DNA of 58,518 nucleotides from Alphaproteobacteria bacterium (GTDB taxonomy: Bacteria > Pseudomonadota > Alphaproteobacteria > UBA11073), in assembly GCA_013289145.1 (NCBI GenBank), contig JABDAM010000006.1:1-58518 (forward strand). The letters are read 5' to 3'. Under the pieces are notes generated by a model. It saw only the letters and a list, made by a program, of their open reading frames with translations, did not search any database and was not told the DNA's origin. The position numbers were made by a program, and so were the translations under genes. Of this stretch, positions 24,937-32,854 are shown one piece after another; within the stretch, counting starts at the first letter, position 1; each line of letters opens with the position of its first letter.

Positions 24937-25434
24937 ATGTATAGCCGTTTCTCTGAACAGACTTTCCGGGCATCCGAATTGATTTCCTCTTTGTACCCCG
25001 CACCCACGGACCAAAAACTTACTAATTTTGAAAACAGCAAAGATGTCCTAATCGCAAGCACGGGCATGGTGTTTTGGAACGTGGAAAATATGGACAAGGT
25101 CATTGCCTTTCCCCAAAAATACGATTTGTTTTGTGATCATGGCGTTTTAATTCGGGACAAAATTGATGTGATGCGTGAAGAGGTTATGAGCCGGGATCCT
25201 ATTTTGTGGGACGCGACCGCCGTAAAAGAAATGTTATATCAGCAAGTCAGCGTTTATAAAGATACGGCTAGATTTCTTTACGGATTGCTTCAATCCATAA
25301 CGGAGGCCCCCCTGAAGAACGCTTTTAAGGACCAGGCTAATTTTACTTTCTGTTGCGCCGAAACAACAGAAATTATGTGGAAAAAGACGCCGACAGGGCA
25401 TTTATTGTTGCCGCCGCCGGATTTTAGACTTTAG
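24937..25434 (+). CDS. hypothetical protein (AT-rich orphan)
   Basis: 165-aa ORF. No family recognised. It overlaps the 3' end of the convergent ferredoxin gene by 11 nt. Confidence 0.45.
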   Translation: MYSRFSEQTFRASELISSLYPAPTDQKLTNFENSKDVLIASTGMVFWNVENMDKVIAFPQKYDLFCDHGVLIRDKIDVMREEVMSRDPILWDATAVKEMLYQQVSVYKDTARFLYGLLQSITEAPLKNAFKDQANFTFCCAETTEIMWKKTPTGHLLLPPPDFRL

Positions 25435-25708
25435 GTTCGGATTCGGAAATTATTTTTGCCGTTAAAATCCCGCACTTCTCTTCATCCGCCTGGGTGATCC
25501 ATTCTCCCGAAGGATAGCGGACGATGGCGGGGCCTTCGGCGCAGCGGCCGAGACAACCGGCGCGGTTGACGCGGATATCCTTGCGCCCGCGCGTGGCGGC
25601 CTTGAGCTGATCGAACAGCGGGCGGGCGCCGCGCTGGCAGCAATCGCCCTGCGGGTCATCCGCCGGGCGTTCGTTAAGGCAGACGAAAATGTGCTCTTGG
25701 TAGGTCAT
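25424..25708 (-). CDS. (2Fe-2S) ferredoxin domain protein (thioredoxin-like)
   Basis: 94 aa. HIFVCLNER...CC..G and CLGRCAEGP provide the four-Cys pattern of thioredoxin-like [2Fe-2S] ferredoxins. Confidence 0.75.
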   Translation of the reverse strand: MTYQEHIFVCLNERPADDPQGDCCQRGARPLFDQLKAATRGRKDIRVNRAGCLGRCAEGPAIVRYPSGEWITQADEEKCGILTAKIISESEPKV

Positions 25709-25788
25709 TAGGAGTTAGGAACTAGGAGTTTAGGGGGGTGAAGTCCAGGGACCGGCGGGATTTGCCTAAATATAATGTTCTAACTCCT
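25708..25788. repeat. Rep-A TAGGA-type palindromic intergenic element, copy B
   Basis: TTAGGAGTTAGGAACTAGGAGTTTAGG ... CCTAAATATAATGTTCTAACTCCT. It abuts the ferredoxin start codon. Confidence 0.65.
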
Positions 25789-25800
25789 GCGCGCAGCGCA

Positions 25801-25835
25801 AATAAAAACCCCGGGAAACCAGAGGTTCCCGGGGG
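25801..25835 (-). terminator. rho-independent terminator after the H1-like gene
   Basis: On the minus strand, the hairpin CCCCCGGGAACC-TCTG-GTTTCCCGGGG is followed by TTTTTATT. Confidence 0.75.
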
Positions 25836-25856
25836 CATTACCCAAAGAGTAATCAA

Positions 25857-26105
25857 TTAGAACAGACCTACGAAGCCGGTTGTGCCGGTGGATTTCGTGG
25901 GGGTCGCTTTCTTTTTCTTCGCGGCGGGCTTTTTCTTCTTAGCTGCCGTTTTTTTCGCCGCTGGCTTTTTGGTAGCTTTCTTAGCTACTTTTTTTTTTGC
26001 CGCTGGCTTCTTTTTAGCTACGGTTTTTTTAGCAGCTGGTTTTTTCTTCGCTGCTGGTTTTTTTGCAGCGGTCTTTTTCTTCGCTGCTGCTTTTTTCACT
26101 GCCAT
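25857..26105 (-). CDS. histone H1-like Lys/Ala-repeat nucleoid protein
   Basis: I use the internal start MAVKKAAAKKKTAAKKPAAKKKPAAKK, which has a strong SD (AGGAGG) upstream. 82 aa made almost entirely of AAKK/PAAKKK repeats. Confidence 0.75.
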   Translation of the reverse strand: MAVKKAAAKKKTAAKKPAAKKKPAAKKTVAKKKPAAKKKVAKKATKKPAAKKTAAKKKKPAAKKKKATPTKSTGTTGFVGLF

Positions 26106-26386
26106 GGTTGGTTCCTCCTGAGTTGTGATCAACCATTTATGAATATACGCGATTCGCGCGAAGATGCAGAGACGGTCCGCAAGTGCAATCATTAACTTTG
26201 CATCCGATGCAAATTTTTTCCTTGCACGCGATTTTTTTGCTTCGCGTTGTTTTGCATGATCACGCGCAACGCCATGAATTCCAATGCTTTGCGAATGATA
26301 TGATGAAAAAAATTTTACGCTTTATGATCGCGTCAAAGCATGCGTGGGCGGATTTTAAACTGTTGCATTGTTGCAACTGCGCTAGG

Positions 26387-27583
26387 TCAATTTCGACTTG
26401 CGGTCGAATGAGATGCGGTTGGATCATATTTTGAATCGTACAGCGCCGCACTTTCTGAATCGAAATATTTCGCTTCCTCACCACGGAAATTGATGAAGTG
26501 GTGATAACCTTCCTCACTCTTTATATAACGCTGCGGCGCCAGCGGCATTTTGCCCGCACCCGCGACATCCACCACATAATGCGGCACCGCGTGGCCGGAA
26601 AGCGAGCCTTGCAAGGCCTCAATGATTTCAAGGCCGCGCGCGACGGGTGTACGCAAGTATGACGAGCCGTAAATAGGATCGCATTGAAAGATATAATAAG
26701 GCCGGATGCGATGCCGCACGCAAAGCCGCATTAAGTCTTTCATCACTTCGATCTCGTCGTTTACGCCTTTTAATAATGGGATTTGCGTGGTCAGGACGAT
26801 ACCCGCGCGCGCCATACGATCCGCGGCTTTGATAAACTCTGGCGTGAATTCGCGCGGATGCAATAAATGCAATCCCATCCAGATGGCTTTGTCGCTCTTC
26901 AACGCGCGGATCAGTCCCGGCGTAATGCGTTGCGGCAAGACCGCCGGTGTTTTGGTGGAAAAACGGATGATCTCAATATGCGGGATGCTATCCAATGCGC
27001 CGATCAACCATTGAATGCGTTCATCGCCCAGCGCCAGCGGCTCGCCACCTGAGAGCAACACTTCGCGTATGGCGGGATTGTTTTTAATATAGGCAATGGA
27101 TGCTTCCCATTGCGACATGGGGATCAAATGCTCGCGGTCGAGTTTGCCGACCAAGCGTGAACGCATGCAATAACGGCAATAAACCGGACATTGATTGGTC
27201 ACCAGAAACAATACGCGGTCGGGATAGCGGTGCACGAGGTTGGGGGTGACGCGGTCTTTTTCCTCACCCAGCGGGTCGGCATATTCTCCCTCGGAAATCA
27301 GGAATTCATCCTCGCGCGGGATATGCGCGCGGCGCAGCGGATCTTCGGAATCGGTGCGCGACATAAGGGATGCATAATAAGGTGTCAGGGCAATCGGCAG
27401 GTTGCTTGTCCCGGCTTCGCCGTGTTGGCCGCCCGCCGCGTGCGCGATGGCGGTGCGCTCCGTTTCCGACAGATCGAAATGCCGGGCGAAATCCTCTGGC
27501 GCGCGCAGACGGTTACGCATCTGCCAGCGCCAGTCTTTCCAATCTGGGCTATGCGCGGGCGGGAATTTCGAGGCGTGGGGCAT
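26387..27583 (-). CDS. KamA family radical SAM protein (lysine 2,3-aminomutase-like)
   Basis: 398 aa. The CPVYCRYCMRS radical-SAM cluster motif, LLSGGEPL and overall KamA/EpmB-like layout. Confidence 0.85.
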   Translation of the reverse strand: MPHASKFPPAHSPDWKDWRWQMRNRLRAPEDFARHFDLSETERTAIAHAAGGQHGEAGTSNLPIALTPYYASLMSRTDSEDPLRRAHIPREDEFLISEGEYADPLGEEKDRVTPNLVHRYPDRVLFLVTNQCPVYCRYCMRSRLVGKLDREHLIPMSQWEASIAYIKNNPAIREVLLSGGEPLALGDERIQWLIGALDSIPHIEIIRFSTKTPAVLPQRITPGLIRALKSDKAIWMGLHLLHPREFTPEFIKAADRMARAGIVLTTQIPLLKGVNDEIEVMKDLMRLCVRHRIRPYYIFQCDPIYGSSYLRTPVARGLEIIEALQGSLSGHAVPHYVVDVAGAGKMPLAPQRYIKSEEGYHHFINFRGEEAKYFDSESAALYDSKYDPTASHSTASRN

Positions 27584-27694
27584 GGCTACCCCATAGCAGA
27601 GCGGGCCGCCCAGGGGCCAGTAAAAATTACTTTAAAATTTCCTTGCATTTCTGGGGCAAGAATCTTAATACATCTTTCGTCCTAAGGGGGGAAC

Positions 27695-28012
27695 ATGAAA
27701 GAGTCTAAAATTAATATTCTAAGGCGTGAAGCTTCGGCACTGGTTACCATTACCAATCCGGTAGGCTATAAAGGCGATCTAACCATTGAGGTTCCAGGCG
27801 GAACCCCGTCTTTTGATACCGTAACGCGCGAGGGCGGCATTATGAGAGGCCATAATCCAAATACACCCATTCGTCCCATATTAAGGGAGCCTTTCGAATT
27901 TCACAAACGCGACGGCGTTGTCGCGGAAGGCACAGATACGCTGATCAGTGTCAGCGGCGTACAAATCTGGGGGAAACTGGTTTCCAGCACCGTTTGCCCG
28001 CTCAGTGGCTGA
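27695..28012 (+). CDS. hypothetical small protein
   Basis: 105-aa ORF with an SD-like AAGGGGGGA upstream. Its stop overlaps a candidate GTG start of pyrE. No family recognised. Confidence 0.4.
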   Translation: MKESKINILRREASALVTITNPVGYKGDLTIEVPGGTPSFDTVTREGGIMRGHNPNTPIRPILREPFEFHKRDGVVAEGTDTLISVSGVQIWGKLVSSTVCPLSG

Positions 28013-28619
28013 TCTCGCCAAGGCCTTGCTTTCCACCGGCGCGCTGCGCGTGAATGTCACGCAGCCGTTCCGGTGGACATCGGGCATTTTGTCACCGATT
28101 TATGTCGATTGCCGCGCGGTCATTGGTTTTCCCGATCAGCGGCGCATGCTGGTGGACGGTCTGGTTGAACTGATCAAAACGCAAATCGGCGCGGATAATT
28201 TTGATGTCATCATCGGCGGCGTCACAGCCGGCATTCCGATGGCGAGCATTCTGGCTGAGCGTTTGGATAAACCCCTCGCCTATGTGCGCAAGGAGCCCAA
28301 GGGCCACGGCAAAGGCCAGCAGGTTGAGGGTGCCGAAGTTTCGGGCAAGCGCGTTTTACTGTTCGATGAATTGATTTCGCGCGGTTCGTCGGTGTCGGCT
28401 TTTTGCCCGGCCCTGCGCGCGGCGGGCGCGCGGCTGGATCACCTGCTCGTTATGCTGTCATACGATAGCGACGAAGTGCGTCAGGCCGCATCGGAATGCC
28501 AGGTGAAATTGCACAGTCTTTTGACCCTCGATCAGGCGCTGGCCTCGGCCGAACTATCCGATGCCGACCGCGCGGAAGTCGCGCGTTTCCGGGCCGATCC
28601 GCCCGCCTGGCGGGCTTAA
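27948..28619 (+). CDS. pyrE: orotate phosphoribosyltransferase
   Basis: FRWTSGILSPIYVDCR, the PRPP motif VLLFDELISRGSS and GGVTAGIPMA. The start is uncertain: GTG at 27948 (track) or GTG at 28005. The latter overlaps the upstream ORF's stop by 8 nt. Confidence 0.88.
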   Translation: MSAAYKSGGNWFPAPFARSVADLAKALLSTGALRVNVTQPFRWTSGILSPIYVDCRAVIGFPDQRRMLVDGLVELIKTQIGADNFDVIIGGVTAGIPMASILAERLDKPLAYVRKEPKGHGKGQQVEGAEVSGKRVLLFDELISRGSSVSAFCPALRAAGARLDHLLVMLSYDSDEVRQAASECQVKLHSLLTLDQALASAELSDADRAEVARFRADPPAWRA

Positions 28620-28690
28620 GGAACTGGGATTTTAGGATGATAGGATTTTAGAAGGGCGGATTTTCTCCAAAATCCTAATTCCTAATCATT
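28618..28690. repeat. Rep-A TAGGA-type palindromic intergenic element, copy C
   Basis: AAGGAACTGGGATTTTAGGATGATAGGATTTTAGAA ... TTCTCCAAAATCCTAATTCCTAATC. It starts at the pyrE stop codon. Confidence 0.65.
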
Positions 28691-28747
28691 AAAATTCACT
28701 AAAATTGCTTCAGACCGTCACAGTTCTGTAACCGTTTCCATGATGTA

Positions 28748-30265
28748 ATGAAAAATAGGAAATTACCTCATTGGAGATGGAATATGGTTCACTTTCCCGA
28801 CACGATTTTAACCACCGATGATATGGTTTTGGCGCTTGCCAACCTGAAATATCAGATCGATGAAAAAAAACTCAGCCCGGATCAGATTACAGCGCTGGTA
28901 GCAAAGTCCGGTTTGGAGAAAGAAGCGGGACTTAAAGGCTTTTTGCTCTCAGATGTGAGCAAAATGAATGGCGGCTATCGGGACGCGGCGGATGCATTTT
29001 TAAAGAAAGATGCGGATTTCAAAGATTCCGCCAAATGGGACGAAGTGAAAAAACTCGAAGAACAGGTGGAAAAAAGCGCGCCCGCAGCCAAGCATGATGC
29101 GCCGGCGGGAAAAGCCGATGATATTAATCTGCATGGTTTTTCCGATGATGCGGCGAAACTGGCGCGGCAGGGCTTTGATATGATGATGCGCGGGTTCGAT
29201 GCCTATCCCAACCCCAATCGCGCCAACGCGCCGCAACATTACCGCGCCAAATTGATCGAAGTGGAATCAAGCGCCAAAGATCCCAACGTGTCTTTTTTCG
29301 CGGGTCGTTTTATTTTCCATCTGGATGCCGGAATGGCCACAAATTCCGAAGCGCATACGGGCGAATATATCGAACGTTATAAGGGCAAAGCCTACGACGA
29401 TCTGGCGGAAAAATTAAAAAATGATGCGAAGGCGAAAATCGATGCCGAAGCGGCGGCGAAGAAATTAGCCGATGACGAGGCCAAGAAAAAAATAGAGGCC
29501 GAGGCAGCCGGAAAAAAACTGGCTGAGGAAGAAGCCAAGAAAAAGCTTGATGCTGAGACAGCGGCGAAAAATTTAGCCCAAGTCAAAAAAGAACTGGAAG
29601 CGGCCGCGATCGTGGCGGCTTCGCAAAAAAAATCCCTGCTGGACGAACCGGAAAAAACCGGCGAAAAAATGGAGTTCGGCAAAAAGCATGAAATCAAAAG
29701 CCGCTTGAAATTATTGTCAGATCCAAATTACGCAAAACAAGAAATCGATAAACTTAAAGGCTATCCGGATGGACAGGTCGTTGTATTTGATTCCATTCCA
29801 GATCAAGGAAATCGCAACAAACCGGACTTTGGTGATAAATACGTTAAAGTTGGAGATGGAAAAGACGGTGTTTGGTACAAAATTACTGATGAAGTAAAAG
29901 GAAAACATGACCGCAATGCCTTAGCTCATACCCGGGGCGATGGCATTGCCTCCGATGCGCTGATTGATAAAATGACGCCTAAGCTACAAACAGGTTCTGA
30001 CCTTGCAGATACTTCTGCGCGCGATGGCGGTTCCGCGCCGACGCTCAGAGATAAAATCACCATGAAATACGGCGTTATTTCCAAGGTGGTGATTGATGCA
30101 ACCACCGGCGATCTGGTTGAATTCAAAAAAGAAGCCGCAACGCAACAGGCGCGCATCGACCTTGAAAATAATGCGAAGAACAGCGTTGAAGTTAAGATCG
30201 GCGGTCAAAAAATGGTTGCGGAAAAAGTGGCGGGTGTGCAGCTGCAAGATTATAGTCCGAATTAA
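28748..30265 (+). CDS. hypothetical coiled-coil protein with internal 18-aa repeats
   Basis: 505-aa ORF (alternative start MVHFPD at 28784). The central region KIDAEAAAKKLADDEAKK / KIEAEAAGKKLAEEEAKK / KLDAETAAKNLAQVKK is repeated. No signal peptide or recognised domain. Confidence 0.55.
   Translation: MKNRKLPHWRWNMVHFPDTILTTDDMVLALANLKYQIDEKKLSPDQITALVAKSGLEKEAGLKGFLLSDVSKMNGGYRDAADAFLKKDADFKDSAKWDEVKKLEEQVEKSAPAAKHDAPAGKADDINLHGFSDDAAKLARQGFDMMMRGFDAYPNPNRANAPQHYRAKLIEVESSAKDPNVSFFAGRFIFHLDAGMATNSEAHTGEYIERYKGKAYDDLAEKLKNDAKAKIDAEAAAKKLADDEAKKKIEAEAAGKKLAEEEAKKKLDAETAAKNLAQVKKELEAAAIVAASQKKSLLDEPEKTGEKMEFGKKHEIKSRLKLLSDPNYAKQEIDKLKGYPDGQVVVFDSIPDQGNRNKPDFGDKYVKVGDGKDGVWYKITDEVKGKHDRNALAHTRGDGIASDALIDKMTPKLQTGSDLADTSARDGGSAPTLRDKITMKYGVISKVVIDATTGDLVEFKKEAATQQARIDLENNAKNSVEVKIGGQKMVAEKVAGVQLQDYSPN
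29435..29595 (+). repeat. about 3 tandem copies of a 54-bp coding repeat
   Basis: AAAATCGATGCCGAAGCGGCGGCGAAGAAATTAGCCGATGACGAGGCCAAGAAA is followed by two diverged copies, all in frame. Confidence 0.7.
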
Positions 30266-30302
30266 TCCTTTTGGATCCCGGATAAATTCGCCTGCATAAA
30301 AT

Positions 30303-30342
30303 CGAAAAACTCCTAACCCGGCTTCGCTAAAACTAAGCCGGG
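30303..30342 (-). terminator. hairpin terminator between convergent genes (rho side has a T-run)
   Basis: Stem CCCGGCTT (30317..30324) pairs with AAGCCGGG (30335..30342). On the minus strand it is followed by TTAGGAGTTTTTCG. Confidence 0.55.
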
Positions 30343-30349
30343 CGAGGCG

Positions 30350-31618
30350 TTATTTGCTTTGCATAGAATCAAAGAAATCCTGATTGGATTTGGTCGTTTG
30401 CAGTTTATCCAGCAGGAATTCAACCGCATCGACCGTGCCCATGGGCGACAGGATCCGGCGCAACACCCACATTTTGGATAGGGTGCTTTTGTCGACCAAA
30501 AGTTCCTCTTTCCGCGTGCCGGATTTCGCGACGTCGATGGCCGGGAAGACACGCTTATCGGCGACTTTGCGGTCGAGGATGATTTCGCTGTTACCCGTCC
30601 CTTTGAATTCCTCGAAGATTACTTCGTCCATGCGGCTGCCGGTATCGATCAGGGCGGTAGCGATAATGGTCAATGAACCGCCGTCCTCAATATTCCGCGC
30701 AGCGCCGAAAAAGCGTTTCGGTTTTTGCAAGGCATTGGCATCAACACCGCCCGTCAGGACTTTACCAGATGACGGCACCGTCGTGTTATAGGCGCGGCCG
30801 AGGCGGGTGATACTATCGAGCAAAATGACGACATCGCGGCCATGTTCGACCAGGCGTTTGGCTTTTTCAATCACCATTTCGGCGACTTGCACGTGGCGTG
30901 TTGCCGGTTCGTCGAAGGTTGATGATACCACTTCGCCTTTCACGGTGCGGGACATGTCCGTGACTTCCTCCGGACGTTCATCAATCAGCAGGACCATCAA
31001 ATAAACTTCAGGATGATTGGTCGTGATGGAATTCGCAATCGATTGCAGCATCATGGTTTTACCCACGCGCGGCGGCGCGACGATCAGGGCGCGCTGGCCT
31101 TTACCAATCGGCGCGACCAGTTCGATAATCCGGCCCAGCATTTCCTTGTTCTTCGCGCCGGCTTTTTGCTCGATCTCAAGCTTCATTTTTTCGTTGGGAT
31201 AAAACGGCACCAGGTTGTCAAAGGCGATACGGTGACGCAGTTTTTCCGGATCCTCGAAATTCACCTGTTCAATGGTGTCGATGGCAAAATAACGATCATT
31301 ATTTTTCGGCGGGCGTAATTTGCCGCTGACGGTATCACCCGTGCGCAGGCCGAATTTTTTGATCATGTCCGGCGGGACGTAAACGTCGTCGGGACCGGCC
31401 AGGTAATTTTCCTCTGCACTGCGCAGGAAACCGAAACGGTCGGGCAGAACTTCGATCACGCCGGAACCTTCTATGGTTTTGCCGTCTTCGGCCATGACCT
31501 TTAGGATATGGAACAGCATCTGCTGGCGCGGCAGGTTGGCCGGGCTTTCGATGTCTAGTTCTTCGGCGATTTTAAGCAGTTCAGGAGCGGACTTGCGCTT
31601 CAGTTCATCAAAATTCAT
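30350..31618 (-). CDS. rho: transcription termination factor Rho
   Basis: 422 aa. FGFLR, Walker A PPRVGKT and the RNA-binding and ATPase motifs throughout. Confidence 0.97.
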   Translation of the reverse strand: MNFDELKRKSAPELLKIAEELDIESPANLPRQQMLFHILKVMAEDGKTIEGSGVIEVLPDRFGFLRSAEENYLAGPDDVYVPPDMIKKFGLRTGDTVSGKLRPPKNNDRYFAIDTIEQVNFEDPEKLRHRIAFDNLVPFYPNEKMKLEIEQKAGAKNKEMLGRIIELVAPIGKGQRALIVAPPRVGKTMMLQSIANSITTNHPEVYLMVLLIDERPEEVTDMSRTVKGEVVSSTFDEPATRHVQVAEMVIEKAKRLVEHGRDVVILLDSITRLGRAYNTTVPSSGKVLTGGVDANALQKPKRFFGAARNIEDGGSLTIIATALIDTGSRMDEVIFEEFKGTGNSEIILDRKVADKRVFPAIDVAKSGTRKEELLVDKSTLSKMWVLRRILSPMGTVDAVEFLLDKLQTTKSNQDFFDSMQSK

Positions 31619-31755
31619 ACGTTACTCGTGCAGGGGAGAGGTTCAGAGGTGAAATAACACCAGTTTGTTTGGAAAAATCACGTAAAGAAGATAGAATATC
31701 AACGTGACGGGCCCATTTATAGGCATTTTGGACGCGAAGGTCAAGCGGAAAGTCT

Positions 31756-31806
31756 CATATATTATATATAATAATATTTATATTAAATATAATGATGTTG
31801 TTATTG
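31756..31806. other. AT-rich tract (putative DNA unwinding element)
   Basis: CATATATTATATATAATAATATTTATATTAAATATAATGATGTTGTTATTGG is nearly all A/T in an otherwise GC-balanced locus, directly flanking the DnaA-box cluster. Confidence 0.6.
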
Positions 31807-31853
31807 GTGGCGGGATAACGGGGATAAGCCTTATTCCACCAATTATCCCGCAT

Positions 31854-31862
31854 TTATCCACA
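31854..31862 (+). promoter_or_regulatory. perfect consensus DnaA box TTATCCACA
   Basis: Exact match to the 9-mer consensus. Confidence 0.8.
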
Positions 31863-32168
31863 GGGCGTGAGCCCGGGATAACTTTTGGGACAAAAGCGCA
31901 ACGAAATCTATAAACTATTGAAAAGTAAAGATAATTTTATTGCGTTAGCCTGGGGATAAATTTTATTGCCAAAAGTTATCCCAAAAAATACCCATGACAT
32001 TATCATTGGGGATAAATCCATGTCGGCATCATGCAAATAGGGGATAAAAGCCATGAAACCTATTCAAAAGGGATAATTTAAAGTTATCCCCAGACTTATC
32101 CCGCATCTTATCCGAAACTATTAATTTCCTTGAAGTTCAGGGGATTTTTGCGTCACAATGGCTTTGTA

Positions 32169-32810
32169 ATGACCCTACATTTAACGACAGACCAGCTTGC
32201 AGATATTCTATTCCAGCGCCCGGGGCGTGTGACCGAAGGGATTTTGGAGGAGCGCTCGGCTTTTGAAAAATTATCAGACCGGCTAATCTGGGAAGATCAC
32301 CGCCTGTCACGCCCCTATAAGGAAAATCCCATCCGACGCTGGGCAGCAAAGCATATGTTAGTTTTTGATGAACATGCGCAGGCGAAAGAGAATCCGCGCT
32401 CCCTGCGCCACGCGATTTTAGAGTTAAAAGCGCTTGGCTTCTCCTATGAGCAACTAAATAAATTTCGCTATCTATCGAAACAGTTTATGCTCGGCCTTGA
32501 TCCTTCTCCAATTCTTGAAAAGACAAAGAAATATTTTGGGGAAAGAGAAAAAATGATCTGGGAAAAAGGTAGCTTAGATTCTTATTGGTCATATTCATGG
32601 TCTGATAAAAGCGTTCTGGGGGCTGCCATTATCTGTGTGGAAAATGACCAGAAGCGGGTTGTATCAACCCATTTTTTCCCCGGCGAACTTGAGGAAGAAG
32701 CTTATGCCCTATTAAAAGAAAACATTCGGGTTCGCCATGAACGACAACCCGATAAAGTTCCCCTTATTCCGGCCTGCGCGCGCCATGTGCCCAAGGGATT
32801 AGAGGCGTAA
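32169..32810 (+). CDS. hypothetical protein (origin-adjacent orphan)
   Basis: The ATG at 32169 (MTLHLTTDQ) is preferred over the TTG at 32130. 213 aa, AT-richer than the backbone, no family recognised. Confidence 0.5.
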   Translation: MTLHLTTDQLADILFQRPGRVTEGILEERSAFEKLSDRLIWEDHRLSRPYKENPIRRWAAKHMLVFDEHAQAKENPRSLRHAILELKALGFSYEQLNKFRYLSKQFMLGLDPSPILEKTKKYFGEREKMIWEKGSLDSYWSYSWSDKSVLGAAIICVENDQKRVVSTHFFPGELEEEAYALLKENIRVRHERQPDKVPLIPACARHVPKGLEA

Positions 32811-32854
32811 TCCATATAGGCCACAGGGCCAGGCCGTGCTAAGGCAGATGCGTT

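Larger units (their letters stand above)
31619..32168. other. candidate chromosomal replication origin (oriC): DnaA-box cluster plus AT-rich unwinding tract
   Basis: 550-bp non-coding gap. At least 14 TTATCC/GGATAA cores lie between 31811 and 32116, including a perfect TTATCCACA at 31854..31862 and four (T/A)GGGGATAA or TTATCCCCA copies (31951, 32007, 32039, 32084). An almost pure A/T run lies at 31756..31806. Confidence 0.7.

Noticed and set aside
25882-26121. Periodic Lys/Ala-coding DNA repeat considered as a possible CRISPR-like or tandem array
   Set aside because: The repeats are short (about 12-18 nt), degenerate and contiguous, with no unique spacers. They are explained by the AAKK-repeat protein. 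No CRISPR array exists anywhere in the window.
26197-26219. Hairpin TTTGCAT-CCG-ATGCAAA followed by TTTTTT, upstream of the H1-like gene, considered as a terminator or small RNA
   Set aside because: The stem is 7 bp and AT-rich, and no plus-strand gene lies upstream for it to terminate. It could be an operator in the H1-like promoter region, but the evidence is too thin to call.
31704-31913. 69-aa ORF in the rho-downstream gap
   Set aside because: It runs through the pure A/T tract and the DnaA-box cluster. Its peptide (IIYNNIYIKYNDVVIGGGITGISLIPPIIPHLS) simply reflects those repeats, and there is no SD. I treat it as non-coding origin DNA.
31619-32168. CtrA-binding sites (TTAA-N7-TTAA) in the origin candidate
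   Set aside because: I found only half-sites (for example TTAATTTCCTTGAAG near 32121) and no full motif, so I make no claim of CtrA control.
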